Source: Alkalilimnicola ehrlichii MLHE-1 (lineage in GTDB: Bacteria; Pseudomonadota; Gammaproteobacteria; Nitrococcales; Halorhodospiraceae). Taken from it: a stretch of DNA of 32,000 nucleotides. The translations under genes and the position numbers were made by a program. Positions 9,415-18,856 of this stretch are shown here, in pieces (the first letter of the stretch is position 1; each line of letters opens with the position of its first letter). The notes beneath the pieces were generated by a model, which had not been told where the DNA came from, ran no database searches, and saw nothing but the letters and a program-made list of their open reading frames with translations. The DNA lies in assembly GCF_000014785.1 (NCBI RefSeq), contig NC_008340.1:3090001-3122000 (forward strand), given 5' to 3'.

Positions 9415-9469
9415 GTTCTGGCCCGGCGCCAGCATGCAGTGACCTTCAACGTATTAACGGTGCAACACC

Positions 9470-9916
9470 ATGGCTACTAGAACGACTAAGCGACTTCTGC
9501 AGACCGCCGTGGCCGGCGCGATGCTTGCGACAGGGATGGCCCTCTTCGCCCATGGCGATGTGAACCCGCAACCGGTGGATACCGGCGACCTACCGGAACT
9601 GGACGACTGGAAACTGGAAAACCCCTTTCGCGACGCCGATGAATCTACGCTCAACGAGGCCATACGCATCGGCGAGCGCGGCTACCAGGCCAACTGTGCC
9701 GTCTGCCACGGTCTCGGCGGCGCCTCCGGTGGAATCGCCCCGGACCTGCGCCTGCTGGAACCCGGCTTCGACGACGAATACTACGTTCAGACGGTTCGCA
9801 AGGGTCGCGGCGCCGGCATGCCGTCGTTCGACGGCGTACTGAGCCAGGAGGCCATCTGGGCCATTTACACCTGGCTGAACACCATGCACGAGGAGGCGAT
9901 GGATGAATACTACTGA
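9470..9916 (+). CDS. Class I cytochrome c, electron acceptor partner of PQQ alcohol dehydrogenase
   Basis: 148 aa; signal peptide; heme motif NCAVCHGLGG; Met ligand candidate GAGMPSFDG. Confidence 0.9.
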   Translation: MATRTTKRLLQTAVAGAMLATGMALFAHGDVNPQPVDTGDLPELDDWKLENPFRDADESTLNEAIRIGERGYQANCAVCHGLGGASGGIAPDLRLLEPGFDDEYYVQTVRKGRGAGMPSFDGVLSQEAIWAIYTWLNTMHEEAMDEYY

Positions 9917-10919
9917 TCTGATCAAGGCCGGCCGCCTGGCCGCCACCGCCGCCCTCTGCGGTGCCACGCTGTTCGCCGGTAGCGCGAACGCCGAGCGGCT
10001 GCACGAGATCCGCGACCGCGGCACACTGACCGTTGCCCTGTACAACGACTTCGGGCCCTACTCCTGCGTCGGCACCGGCGGCGAGCTGATCGGGGTTGAC
10101 GTGGCCCTGGCCCGCGCCCTGGGCGAGAAGCTGGACCTGAAGGTGGAGCTGGCCGGCTTCGGCGCCCAGGACAGCATGGACCAGGACCTGGCCCTGCTGC
10201 AGGACGAACAGGCCGAGGACGAGTGGGACGAGGCCCTGCTCGAGCGCGCCCCCGACCTGATGATGCACGTACCGGTGGACCCCGTCTTCCAGGAGCGCAA
10301 CGCCGATTACGACATCATGGGCGCCTACTTCCACGAGGCCATGGCGGTGCTCTACGACCGCGAGGAAATCGGCGATCTGGGGTACTCGGTGAACACCCCG
10401 GACCCGTTCGATGGCCTGCGCGTGGGTGTGGAGATGTACACCTACTCCTACACCATGCTCACCAACGGCTTTGACGGCCGCCTGCGCTCCGGCGTGGTCA
10501 ACCACAAGAACGTGCCCGAAGCAGTGGAGGCCCTGCTTGCCGGTGAGACCTCCGCGGTTTTCGCACCGCGCGGCGAGCTTCAGAGCGCCCTGGCCGCCTT
10601 CCCCGAACCGCGCACCAGCCTCGCCCTGAGCGAGCTGCGCGACCTGTTCCGCACGGACCGGGTGCGTAGCGACTGGGACGTGGGCATGGCCGTCAAGGCC
10701 GGCAACCCGGAGCTCTCCCGGGCAGTCGAGGAGGCCATGGCACAACTGGTGGCCGACGGGACCGTGGAGCGTATCTTTAACGAATACGGCATCGCCTGGG
10801 TGGGCCCGGGGGAGGAGTACCGCCTAGCCCGCAACGGCAATGGCCCCGCGGGCGTGACCCGCACCGGCCTGGAACGCGCGCAGCTCTGCCGGGCAACAAT
10901 GCCGGCCGGACTGTACTGA
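9903..10919 (+). CDS. Quinoprotein dehydrogenase-associated substrate-binding protein (PedG/XoxJ/MxaJ-like)
   Basis: 338 aa; RLHEIRDRGTLTVALYNDFGPYSCVGTGGELIGVDVALARALGEKLDLKVEL; 14 nt overlap with the cytochrome gene. Confidence 0.85.
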   Translation: MNTTDLIKAGRLAATAALCGATLFAGSANAERLHEIRDRGTLTVALYNDFGPYSCVGTGGELIGVDVALARALGEKLDLKVELAGFGAQDSMDQDLALLQDEQAEDEWDEALLERAPDLMMHVPVDPVFQERNADYDIMGAYFHEAMAVLYDREEIGDLGYSVNTPDPFDGLRVGVEMYTYSYTMLTNGFDGRLRSGVVNHKNVPEAVEALLAGETSAVFAPRGELQSALAAFPEPRTSLALSELRDLFRTDRVRSDWDVGMAVKAGNPELSRAVEEAMAQLVADGTVERIFNEYGIAWVGPGEEYRLARNGNGPAGVTRTGLERAQLCRATMPAGLY

Positions 10920-10951
10920 GCACCCGCGTCGAAACCCTGGGAGGATGCGCC

Positions 10952-11719
10952 ATGAGGGTATCCCCGCACTTGCTACCCCTTTGCTTGCTTCTGGCAGCGG
11001 CGCTGGCGGCTCCGGCCGCCGCTGGCGTCGAGGAGGATCCACTGGGTTCGCCGGGCTGGCACTTGTCCAAGGCCCGCTATTTCCAAGGCGAAACTTATGT
11101 CTTCGCCCACGACAAGGTCCAGGTGATTGCACCGGATAGTGCCGAGGACACCTTCCAGGTCCCCGGTTTCGTCCGCGTCGAGGGGCTGGGCAACGTACGG
11201 CGGCTGATGGTCTTCACCGACCTCAACCCCATCCCGAAGATCCTCGACATGGAGATACCGCGCGGCGCGCCCAATGTGGGCTTCCGGTTCAAAGTCGAGC
11301 AGGCGACGGCCCTGCGGGCCGCGGCACAGACCGAGGACGGCGTCTGGCACCTGGGGGGCACCTGGATCGACGCTGCCGGCGGCGGCTGCAGCGCACCGAG
11401 CATCGCCAGCGCCGATCCAGCCTGGGAGAGCCGGTTGGGCGAAATCCGCGGCCGCACCTGGCAGCGGGAGGGCAGCCAACGGGTGCGCTTCAGCCTCCTG
11501 CACCCCATGGATACCGGGCTTGCCCCTGGAATCCCCGAGTTTTACCTGGAAGAGCTGGAGGTCCGGGACGGCAATGACCAGACGCTGGCCCGCATGGAGA
11601 TCCACGCCTCCATGTCGGAGAACCCCCATCTGACCCTCGACCTGGAGCACCGGGGTACAACACGACTGGTCGGTCGTGATAACAACGGCAACCGCTTCGA
11701 GGGGACCCTGCAGCCATGA
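10952..11719 (+). CDS. Quinoprotein dehydrogenase-associated fused SoxYZ-like carrier protein
   Basis: 255 aa, signal peptide, GGGCSAPS resembling a SoxY-type carrier cysteine motif, C-terminal SoxZ-like region; context. Confidence 0.8.
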   Translation: MRVSPHLLPLCLLLAAALAAPAAAGVEEDPLGSPGWHLSKARYFQGETYVFAHDKVQVIAPDSAEDTFQVPGFVRVEGLGNVRRLMVFTDLNPIPKILDMEIPRGAPNVGFRFKVEQATALRAAAQTEDGVWHLGGTWIDAAGGGCSAPSIASADPAWESRLGEIRGRTWQREGSQRVRFSLLHPMDTGLAPGIPEFYLEELEVRDGNDQTLARMEIHASMSENPHLTLDLEHRGTTRLVGRDNNGNRFEGTLQP

Positions 11720-12693
11720 TGGAATACCCACTGCAAGCGCCTTTCCTTCGGCTGGCGGCGATGGCGCTAGGCCTCCTGACCATTGGAGCTGCCAACGCGG
11801 GGGGAATCTTTTACGGCCTGCAGCCGCAGCAGGTCGCCGATGGGGTGTACATCTTCGAGGGTCGCCAGGAACACTTCACCCGGCGCAATGGCGGCAATAT
11901 CGTCAACACCGGCTTTGTGATCACCAGCGCCGGGGTGGTGGTATTGGACACCGGGCCGTCCCGGGCCTACGGGGAGGAGATGCGCCGCGCGATCGCACAA
12001 GTCACCGATCAACCCATCCACAGTGTCTACCTGACCCACCACCACCCCGATCACTTTCTGGGCAACCAGGCCTTCGAGGATGTCCCCATCTGCGCCCTGC
12101 CCTACACCCGCGAGATGATCGAGCGGGACGGCGAGGCGCTGCTGGACAACATGTATAACCTGCTCAGCGGCTGGATGGGCGGCACCTATGTGGTGGCGCC
12201 GGATTGCACCGCCGAGCCAGGGCCTGTCACCGTAGGCGAACGCACGCTTGAGGTCATCGCCGGCGCCGGGCACAGCGGCCCCGAGGCCTCTGACCTCATG
12301 CTCCACGACCAGCGCAGCGACACCCTGTTCGCCGGCGACCTGGTCTTCTACGACCGGGCGCCCACCACCCCCCATGCGGACCTCTCCCGCTGGGTCGCGC
12401 TGCTCCATGAGTTGGAACGGGAACTGCCCCGAACACTGGTGCCAGGTCACGGCCCCGTCACCCGCGACGTCGAGGCCGTGCTGCAGACCCGTGACTACGT
12501 GGAGTGGCTCGCCTCCGCCCTGCGCGAAGCGGCGGAACAGGGCCTGGACATGGCCGAGGCACTGGAGTTGGAGGTGCCGGAACGCTTCCGCCATCTGGCA
12601 GTGGTGGACGAAGAACTGCGCCGTTCGGTGGCGCACCTGTACCCGGGTTACGAAACCCAAGCATTGAACCAAGTCATTGATGGTCTGCAATAG
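11716..12693 (+). CDS. Quinoprotein relay system zinc metallohydrolase (metallo-beta-lactamase fold)
   Basis: 325 aa; LTHHHPDHFLGN, AGAGHSGPEASDL, LFAGDLVFYDR, VPGHGPVT metal-ligand motifs; 4 nt overlap with the previous gene. Confidence 0.88.
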   Translation: MMEYPLQAPFLRLAAMALGLLTIGAANAGGIFYGLQPQQVADGVYIFEGRQEHFTRRNGGNIVNTGFVITSAGVVVLDTGPSRAYGEEMRRAIAQVTDQPIHSVYLTHHHPDHFLGNQAFEDVPICALPYTREMIERDGEALLDNMYNLLSGWMGGTYVVAPDCTAEPGPVTVGERTLEVIAGAGHSGPEASDLMLHDQRSDTLFAGDLVFYDRAPTTPHADLSRWVALLHELERELPRTLVPGHGPVTRDVEAVLQTRDYVEWLASALREAAEQGLDMAEALELEVPERFRHLAVVDEELRRSVAHLYPGYETQALNQVIDGLQ

Positions 12694-13318
12694 CCGCCAC
12701 CATCGCGAGGGCAAGGGGTGGCGCCGCTCAGGCACCGTGCCGGCCCTGGTCGTTTGCGGGCTACTGCTCAGCGGGTTGCTAATCCCGGGTGTGGCCGCGA
12801 CGGTGGACGATGCCGATGACCCCATCTGGCACCACCCGCACATCAACGCCGAGGGTTACCGTTATGCCCGCTACCGCGCCGCGACACCGGACTCTGTGCC
12901 GGAAGGGGAGACGGTGGATACCGGCCGTGCACAAGCCCTCTGGGCCGCCGGGGAGGTCGTGGCCATCGATGTGATGCCGGTCCTCGAACGGAAAGGACCG
13001 GACGGGAAGCCGGAGTGGGTGGTGCTGGAGGAACGCCGGCACATTCCCGGAAGCATCTGGCTACCCAACGTGGGCGCGGGGCGGCTGAGCCCAGAAATGG
13101 AGGCCTGGTTCGCCGATGCCCTGGCGGAGTTGACCGCCGGTGATAGCAACCAGCCGCTCCTCTTCTACTGCATCACGGATTGCTGGATGGCCTGGAACGC
13201 GGTGCGCCGCGCGGCCGCCCTGGGTTACACCTCGCTCTACTGGTACCCGCCGGGGGCGGATGGCTGGCAGCGGGCGGGGCTGCCGACGGAACCTGCCCAA
13301 CCGAAACCACGACACTAA
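12680..13318 (+). CDS. Rhodanese-like 'PQQ-dependent catabolism-associated CXXCW motif' family protein
   Basis: About 212 aa; ERRHIPGSIWLPNVGAG...NQPLLFYCITDCWMAWNAVRRAAALGYTSLYWYPPGADGWQRAGLP; overlaps the end of the previous gene. Confidence 0.82.
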   Translation: MVCNSRHHREGKGWRRSGTVPALVVCGLLLSGLLIPGVAATVDDADDPIWHHPHINAEGYRYARYRAATPDSVPEGETVDTGRAQALWAAGEVVAIDVMPVLERKGPDGKPEWVVLEERRHIPGSIWLPNVGAGRLSPEMEAWFADALAELTAGDSNQPLLFYCITDCWMAWNAVRRAAALGYTSLYWYPPGADGWQRAGLPTEPAQPKPRH

Positions 13319-13327
13319 CAGGTCATT

Positions 13328-13636
13328 ATGCGCACAACCAACCACTTGGCCCTTGCCATGACCCTGCTGCTCGCCGCCGGCCCGGCCCTGGGCGATGACG
13401 GGGCAGACGGTGCGGAGCGCTACCGTGACGGCATGATCGGTCGCATTGAGGCCTATGCGGTCTACAAGATGGGGGATTACGAAGGCGCCTTCCGCCGTTT
13501 CCTCCAGATGGCCCTGGCGGGGGACCCGGCCGCCATGGAACAACTGGCCACCCTCTACGAGCGCGGCCAGGGTATGGCGGCCCCGGATCCAGTGGCGGCA
13601 GAGGCGTGGCGCGGACGGGCCCGGGAGGCCGACTGA
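13328..13636 (+). CDS. Small secreted Sel1/TPR-like repeat protein
   Basis: 102 aa; signal peptide MRTTNHLALAMTLLLAAGPALG; MGDYEGAFRRFLQMALAGDPAAMEQLATLYERGQG Sel1-like. Confidence 0.7.
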   Translation: MRTTNHLALAMTLLLAAGPALGDDGADGAERYRDGMIGRIEAYAVYKMGDYEGAFRRFLQMALAGDPAAMEQLATLYERGQGMAAPDPVAAEAWRGRAREAD

Positions 13637-13700
13637 TGAACCGAACATGGATATAAAATATATTCTTTTTCCGACCAACTATACAGTCGGCGTAAAAGTC

Positions 13701-13715
13701 CGGTTATAGTAACCG
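13701..13715. promoter_or_regulatory. Short palindrome upstream of the regulator gene (candidate operator)
   Basis: CGGTTA-TAG-TAACCG in an AT-rich intergenic region. Confidence 0.3.
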
Positions 13716-13831
13716 AACAGGGATAATAAAAAGGTGCACGAAGCCGACCAAAACGCTTTACAACGCCTTTCGAAGCGGTACCGGTGCCCCACCAGAACAA
13801 CAGTCACAGGGGCGACCGGCAGGAGGAGAGA

Positions 13832-15820
13832 ATGTCATCGATTATCGCCCCGATCTCCTTGGGACGCGCCTCTGAGGGCGGATACCCCAGCCCCCTCCCG
13901 GGCGACAAGGCGCAGCGCCTCATTTCCAAGAGTTGGCAGCGTTGTCAGGCCTACGGCCTCGACCCCCGCAAAAAGCCAAAGGACGCCAACGTGCTGGAAG
14001 GCCCGCAGGTAAAGGAAGAGCGGGAGCGTCACGGCGAGCTGCTGAAAGTGGCCAACGCCGAGATGCACAGCCTTTACCAGCAGGTCTCCGGGTCCGGCTG
14101 GTCCCTGCTGCTCACGGACAACCGCGGCGTGATCCTCGACTACGTGGGAGACCCGAACCTGCGGCGTGAATTCCGTTCGGCGGGCCTGTGGCTGGGTGCC
14201 GACTGGAGTGAACGCCACGAAGGTACCAACGGCATCGGCACCGCCCTCACTGAGAGCCGCCCGGTGGCAGTACTGCGGGACCAGCACTATAAGGCGTGTC
14301 ACCACGCGCTGAGCTGTTGCGGGGCCCCCATTCTGGACGCCAACGGCCAGGTGATGGCCGTCCTGGACGCCTCCACCGTGAACGGCAATCAGACGCCGGA
14401 GACCCAGAGCCACACCCTGGCACTGGTCACCCTGTCCGCCCAGTTCATCTCCAAGTGGCGGTTCCTGGAGGAATTCTCGGATGCCATCATCATCCGCTTC
14501 CACAGCCGCTGCGAATATGTCGGTCTGATCAATGACGGTGTGCTGGCGGTCTCCCGGGACGGCACCATCGTTGGTGCCGACCACAACGCCTGCGTCTTCC
14601 TGGGACTCCCCGACCGGCATCGCCTCATCGGCTGGCCCATTGACCAGGTCTTGGACATCCGTCCGGAGATCCTGGTGGAACGGGCCGAACGCCCGTACCT
14701 CCCCTACTGGGTGCTCACCACGGCCCAGGGCACCCAGTTGCACGCCCGTATCCAGCTGGGGCACACAGCAGCGGGCCGCCGGGCGGCGGAACAGCCCGCC
14801 CGCCCCGTACCGGTCCAAAGCCGCAGTGCCAGTCAACCCCGCGATCACCGCGCCACGCTCTGCACCCTGGAGGCACTCAAGGGCAATGACCCGCGCATGG
14901 CGCGCAACGTTAACCGGGCCTACCGGATCATCGATAAGGACATCCCCATCCTGTTGAACGGCGAGACCGGCACCGGCAAGGAACTGTTCGCCCGCGCCGT
15001 GCATACGGCCAGCAGCCGCAGGGACGGCCCCTTCGTTGCCGTGAACTGCGCCTCGATACCGGAGCCCCTGATCGAGAGCGAGCTGTTCGGCTACAAGGGT
15101 GGCGCCTTTACCGGCGCCGACCGCAACGGGCGCAAGGGCAAAATCCTCCAGGCCCACGGCGGCACGCTGTTCCTGGACGAGATCGGGGATATGCCGCTGG
15201 AACTGCAGGCCCGCCTGCTGCGGGTCCTGGAAGAGCGCGAGATCGTGCCCATCGGCGGTGACAAACCACAGGCGGTGGATGTCTACCTGGTCTCGGCGAC
15301 TCATCACAACCTTCCGGAGCTGGTGGCCGAGGGGCGCTTTCGGGAAGACCTTTACTACCGACTCAACGGCCTCACCCTGACCCTACCCCCGTTGCGCGAC
15401 CGGGCTGACTGCCAGGATGTCATTCGCTGCATCCTGCGACTGGAGAGCGATGGCCGGGTGGATATCGATCAGGCGGCGTTGGCGGTGCTGCGCAACCATC
15501 CCTGGCCCGGCAATATCCGCCAGCTACGCAACGTGCTGCGCACCGCCGTTGCGCTCAGCGATGGCGAGACGCTCACGGTGGAAGACCTGCCCGACGATGT
15601 GCTGGATGCCGCTGAGACAGCCGGCGACGACCAGGTGATAGAGGGCACCTGCACCGGCGGCGGCGACCCGTTGGCCAACGCCGAGCGCCGGGCACTCCAA
15701 GCCGCCCTGGAGCAGCACGGCGGCAACGTCAGCCGCACTGCGGAGAGCCTGGGCGTGAGCCGTAACACCCTCTACCGGAAGATGCGGCGGCACGGTCTCG
15801 GCGGCGCCCGCGGCGGCTGA
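13832..15820 (+). CDS. Sigma54-dependent transcriptional activator, AcoR-like (GAF + AAA+ + Fis HTH)
   Basis: 662 aa from ATG 13832 preceded by AGGAGGAG; [48 protein letters not shown]-terminal [25 protein letters not shown]. Confidence 0.93.
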   Translation: MSSIIAPISLGRASEGGYPSPLPGDKAQRLISKSWQRCQAYGLDPRKKPKDANVLEGPQVKEERERHGELLKVANAEMHSLYQQVSGSGWSLLLTDNRGVILDYVGDPNLRREFRSAGLWLGADWSERHEGTNGIGTALTESRPVAVLRDQHYKACHHALSCCGAPILDANGQVMAVLDASTVNGNQTPETQSHTLALVTLSAQFISKWRFLEEFSDAIIIRFHSRCEYVGLINDGVLAVSRDGTIVGADHNACVFLGLPDRHRLIGWPIDQVLDIRPEILVERAERPYLPYWVLTTAQGTQLHARIQLGHTAAGRRAAEQPARPVPVQSRSASQPRDHRATLCTLEALKGNDPRMARNVNRAYRIIDKDIPILLNGETGTGKELFARAVHTASSRRDGPFVAVNCASIPEPLIESELFGYKGGAFTGADRNGRKGKILQAHGGTLFLDEIGDMPLELQARLLRVLEEREIVPIGGDKPQAVDVYLVSATHHNLPELVAEGRFREDLYYRLNGLTLTLPPLRDRADCQDVIRCILRLESDGRVDIDQAALAVLRNHPWPGNIRQLRNVLRTAVALSDGETLTVEDLPDDVLDAAETAGDDQVIEGTCTGGGDPLANAERRALQAALEQHGGNVSRTAESLGVSRNTLYRKMRRHGLGGARGG

Positions 15821-15864
15821 GGGCTGAACGCGCCCGCGCGCCGCCGGGACCGGTAACAACGCCA

Positions 15865-17112
15865 TCAGTGGGCGGGCTCCAACCGATAGAGCCCCCCCGA
15901 CTCCTCATCCGTGAGCAGGTAGAGCCGGCCGTCCGGCCCCTGCCGCACATCCCGGATGCGCCCGAGGGTGCCGTCGAGCAGGAGCTCCTCGTGGACCACG
16001 CGGTCGCCCTCCAGCACCAGCCGGTGCAAGCGCTCCTCGGCCAGCGACCCGGCAAACAGATCGCCCTGCCAGCCCGGCACCTCATCACCGCTGTAGAAGG
16101 CGAGCCCTGAGGGGGCCATAGAGTAGTCCCAGTAGTGGACCGCCGGGGTCACGCCGGGGGCGGACCGGCCAATGCCGACCTGCTCGTCGGTGGAGTACTC
16201 GGTGCCGTAGGCCACTTGGGGCCAGCCGTAGTTGTTGCCGGGCTCGATCCGGTGGATCATGTCGCCGCCCCGGGGCCCGTGCTCGCTGGTCCAGATCTCA
16301 CCGGTCTCCGGGTGGATGGCCAGGCCCTGGTTGTTGCGGTGACCGAAGGAGTAGATCTCCGGCCGCAGGTTGCCCGGCGCCATGCCCACCAGCGGGTTGT
16401 CCTCGGCGGCGCCACCATCCTCGTTGAGGCGGATCATGGACCCGGCCGGATCGGTCAGATCCTGCGAGGGGGCGCGCAGGCCGCTGTCGCCGATGGAGAA
16501 GATCACGGTGCCGTCGCCCGGAAAGACGATCCGCGAGCCGTAGTGCCGGCCCGGGGCGGTGCGGGGCATCTGCACGTACAGCGTCTCCAGGTCGGTGAGC
16601 TGGCTGCCGTCGTCGCTCAACCGCGCCCGGGCCAGGGCGGTGCCGCTGCCAAACTCGGCGTCGCCGATGACCGCGTCCGGATCCCCCGGGCTGGAATAGG
16701 TCATGTAGATCCAGCCGTTGTCCTCGTAATCGGGGTGGACCGCCAGATCGAGCAGGCCGCCCTGCCAGCTCGCCTCCAGGGCCAGACCGTCGCGCTCCTC
16801 GGGGTTCACCCGGGGGGTATTACCCACGCGGGTGATGTCATCGCCATCCACCAGCCAGAGGCGGCCGGGGCGTTCGGTGACGAGCTTGCGGCCATCGGGC
16901 AGCCAGGCCACCGCCCAGGGGTGCTCCAACCCCTCCAGCACCTGGACGACATCAAAGCGGGCCTGCTCGCTCTCGACCCCGGCGGCCACCACCTGGTCAC
17001 TGCGACTGACCTCCGCCAGCGCCGACAGGCTGGTCACCAGCAAGACCGCTGGGACCGCTGCCCCGACTACGCAGCGGGCTGGGGTCGTAAGGAATGAACC
17101 AGGCTGCTGCAT
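15865..17112 (-). CDS. PQQ-dependent soluble aldose sugar dehydrogenase family protein (YliI/Asd-like)
   Basis: ATG at 17112, signal peptide; EHPWAVAWLPDGRKLVTERPGRLWLV, GGLLDLAVHPDYEDNGWIYMTYS, FSFGHRNNQGLAIHP-like YSFGHRNNQGLAIHPETGEIWTSEHGPRGGDMIHRIEPGNNYGWP. Confidence 0.9.
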   Translation of the reverse strand: MQQPGSFLTTPARCVVGAAVPAVLLVTSLSALAEVSRSDQVVAAGVESEQARFDVVQVLEGLEHPWAVAWLPDGRKLVTERPGRLWLVDGDDITRVGNTPRVNPEERDGLALEASWQGGLLDLAVHPDYEDNGWIYMTYSSPGDPDAVIGDAEFGSGTALARARLSDDGSQLTDLETLYVQMPRTAPGRHYGSRIVFPGDGTVIFSIGDSGLRAPSQDLTDPAGSMIRLNEDGGAAEDNPLVGMAPGNLRPEIYSFGHRNNQGLAIHPETGEIWTSEHGPRGGDMIHRIEPGNNYGWPQVAYGTEYSTDEQVGIGRSAPGVTPAVHYWDYSMAPSGLAFYSGDEVPGWQGDLFAGSLAEERLHRLVLEGDRVVHEELLLDGTLGRIRDVRQGPDGRLYLLTDEESGGLYRLEPAH

Positions 17113-17203
17113 GGTGCCTCCTCGGGTAGACCTATTGCCGGAATGTAACGGATAGCATAGCCACCCGACACCGGTCCGACAGGACGCCGCCCTTGGGAGG
17201 GGC

Positions 17204-18010
17204 TCAGTCCGCGTTGGGGAAGAACAATCGCTCGCCACGCAGGGTGTAGCGGGCGATGGCGCTCTGCCCGGTCTCGGAGAGCAGCCACTCGTGCCACTGC
17301 CGGGCCCGTTCGTGGTTCAGGTGGGGATGGCGTTCGGCGCTCAGCAGCAGGGTCCCGTACGGGTTGTGCAACGCCTCATCCCCCTGGAACAGGATCTCGA
17401 GACGCTGGCGGTTATCGAAGGCGACCCAGGTGGCGCGGTCCGACAGCACATAGGCATCCATGGCGGCGGCGGTATTGAGGGTGGGCCCCATACCGCCGCC
17501 CAACGCCCGGTACCAGCGCCCGGAGGGCGCGATACCGGCCGCTTGCCACAGCCGCTGCTCCGCCCGGTGGGTACCGCTGTCGTCGCCGCGGGAGGTGAAA
17601 GGCGCGCGGGCCCCGGCGATGCGCTGCAGGGCATCGGCGATGTCGTCGGCATGGCCCACATCCGCAGGGTCGTCTGCCGGGCCGATGAGGACAAAATCGT
17701 TGTACATCACATCGCGCCGCTCGACCGCATAACCGGCCTCGACAAAGGCCCGCTCACCGACAGGGTCGTGGACCAGCAGGCTGTCCACATCACCCCGCCG
17801 GGCAAGGGCGAAGGCCTGGCCGGTGCCCACGGCGATCACCCGCACGTCGATGCCCGTCGCCTCTGAGAATTTCGGGATGATGTGCTGGAACAGGCCGGAC
17901 TGCTCGGTGGAGGTGGTGGAGGCCAGGGTGATGTAATCCCGCGCCTGGGCCGTGCCCGCCAGAGTCAGCGCGGCCAGGCCGATGAGGATCCAACAAACGC
18001 TTCTGATCAT
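17204..18010 (-). CDS. tupA: Tungstate-type ABC transporter substrate-binding protein
   Basis: DYITLASTTSTEQSGLFQHIIPKFSEATGIDVRVIAVGTGQAFALARRGDVDSLLVHDP...FTSRGDDSGTHRAEQRLW. Confidence 0.85.
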   Translation of the reverse strand: MIRSVCWILIGLAALTLAGTAQARDYITLASTTSTEQSGLFQHIIPKFSEATGIDVRVIAVGTGQAFALARRGDVDSLLVHDPVGERAFVEAGYAVERRDVMYNDFVLIGPADDPADVGHADDIADALQRIAGARAPFTSRGDDSGTHRAEQRLWQAAGIAPSGRWYRALGGGMGPTLNTAAAMDAYVLSDRATWVAFDNRQRLEILFQGDEALHNPYGTLLLSAERHPHLNHERARQWHEWLLSETGQSAIARYTLRGERLFFPNAD

Positions 18011-18047
18011 CCCCTGCCCTGTCGCCACGCTGCGCCCCTCCAAGCCG

Positions 18048-18071
18048 GCGCCCGGTCCGACGACCGGGCGC
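18048..18071. terminator. Intercistronic hairpin between the ABC ATPase and binding-protein genes
   Basis: GCGCCCGGT-CCGACG-ACCGGGCGC, perfect 9 bp stem, overlapping the last base of the ATPase stop codon. Confidence 0.45.
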
Positions 18072-18856
18072 TACCAGACCAGCTCGCCCCGGGTGAAGGC
18101 GCGCGCCTCCGGGCTCCGGGGCCGTTCGAAAAAGTCCGCGACCGGCGTACGTTCCAACAGCCGACCGCCACAGATGAAGACCACCTCATCGGCCAGACGC
18201 CGGGCCTGGCCCAAGTCGTGGGTGGTCATCACGATCCGCGTGCCCCGGCGGTCGAACCCCGCCACCGCCTCCTCCACCGCCTTGGTGGCGGCCGGATCGA
18301 GCGCGGCGGTGGGCTCGTCCAGGAACAGCACCTCCGGCTCCAACGCCCAGGCCCGCGCCAGCGCCAGGCGCTGCTGTTCGCCACCGGAGAGCACCCGCGC
18401 CGGCCGCCGCGCCAGCGGCGCCAGCCCGAACCGGGTCAGTGCGGCCATGGCCCGCTCTCGCCGTTGACGCCGGCGGTAGCCCTGCGCCGCGAGGGCAAAG
18501 GTCACGTTGGCCAGTGCCGAGCGGCGCAGCATCACCGGACGCTGGAACACCATGGCCTGCCGGCGGCGCCGCTCCTCGGCCCGGCCTCCCCGGGGGCCGC
18601 GCCAGACCAGCTCCCCCTCGGTGGGCGTCAACAGCCCGTGGCAGATGCGCATCAGCAGGCTCTTGCCGGCCCCATTCGGCCCCATGACGATGGTCTTGCC
18701 GCGCCCGCCGATCCGCAGATCGACCCCCTGGAGCAGGGGCTGCCCCCGGTGGCGAAAGCCGATGCCCTTCAACTCCAGGGGCAGCAGGGCCGACTCGACC
18801 CGCCCGGCGGACTCCGGGCCCGGCCCCGCGTCTGACACTGGCTGCAACATGTTCAC
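18071..18856 (-). CDS. tupC: Tungstate-type ABC transporter ATP-binding protein
   Basis: Walker A MGPNGAGKS, signature LSGGEQQRLALARA, Walker B EVLFLDEPTAALD. Confidence 0.85.
   Translation of the reverse strand: MNMLQPVSDAGPGPESAGRVESALLPLELKGIGFRHRGQPLLQGVDLRIGGRGKTIVMGPNGAGKSLLMRICHGLLTPTEGELVWRGPRGGRAEERRRRQAMVFQRPVMLRRSALANVTFALAAQGYRRRQRRERAMAALTRFGLAPLARRPARVLSGGEQQRLALARAWALEPEVLFLDEPTAALDPAATKAVEEAVAGFDRRGTRIVMTTHDLGQARRLADEVVFICGGRLLERTPVADFFERPRSPEARAFTRGELVW

Noticed and set aside
9419-9434. TGGCCCGGCGCCAGCA as a fourth sigma54 promoter upstream of cytochrome c
   Set aside because: GG/GC spacing is right but there are three mismatches including the TT before GC, and it lies next to the intercistronic hairpin; likely chance in GC-rich DNA.
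7417-9435. 672 aa minus-strand ORF antisense to the PQQ alcohol dehydrogenase
   Set aside because: Shadow ORF caused by high-GC codon bias; no signal or domain.
13671-13690. CCGAC-N10-GTCGG inverted repeat upstream of the regulator
   Set aside because: Only 5 bp arms with no second copy; too weak to call a site.
13835-15307. 490 aa minus-strand ORF antisense to the sigma54 activator
   Set aside because: Shadow ORF; the plus-strand regulator has a full set of AAA+ motifs.
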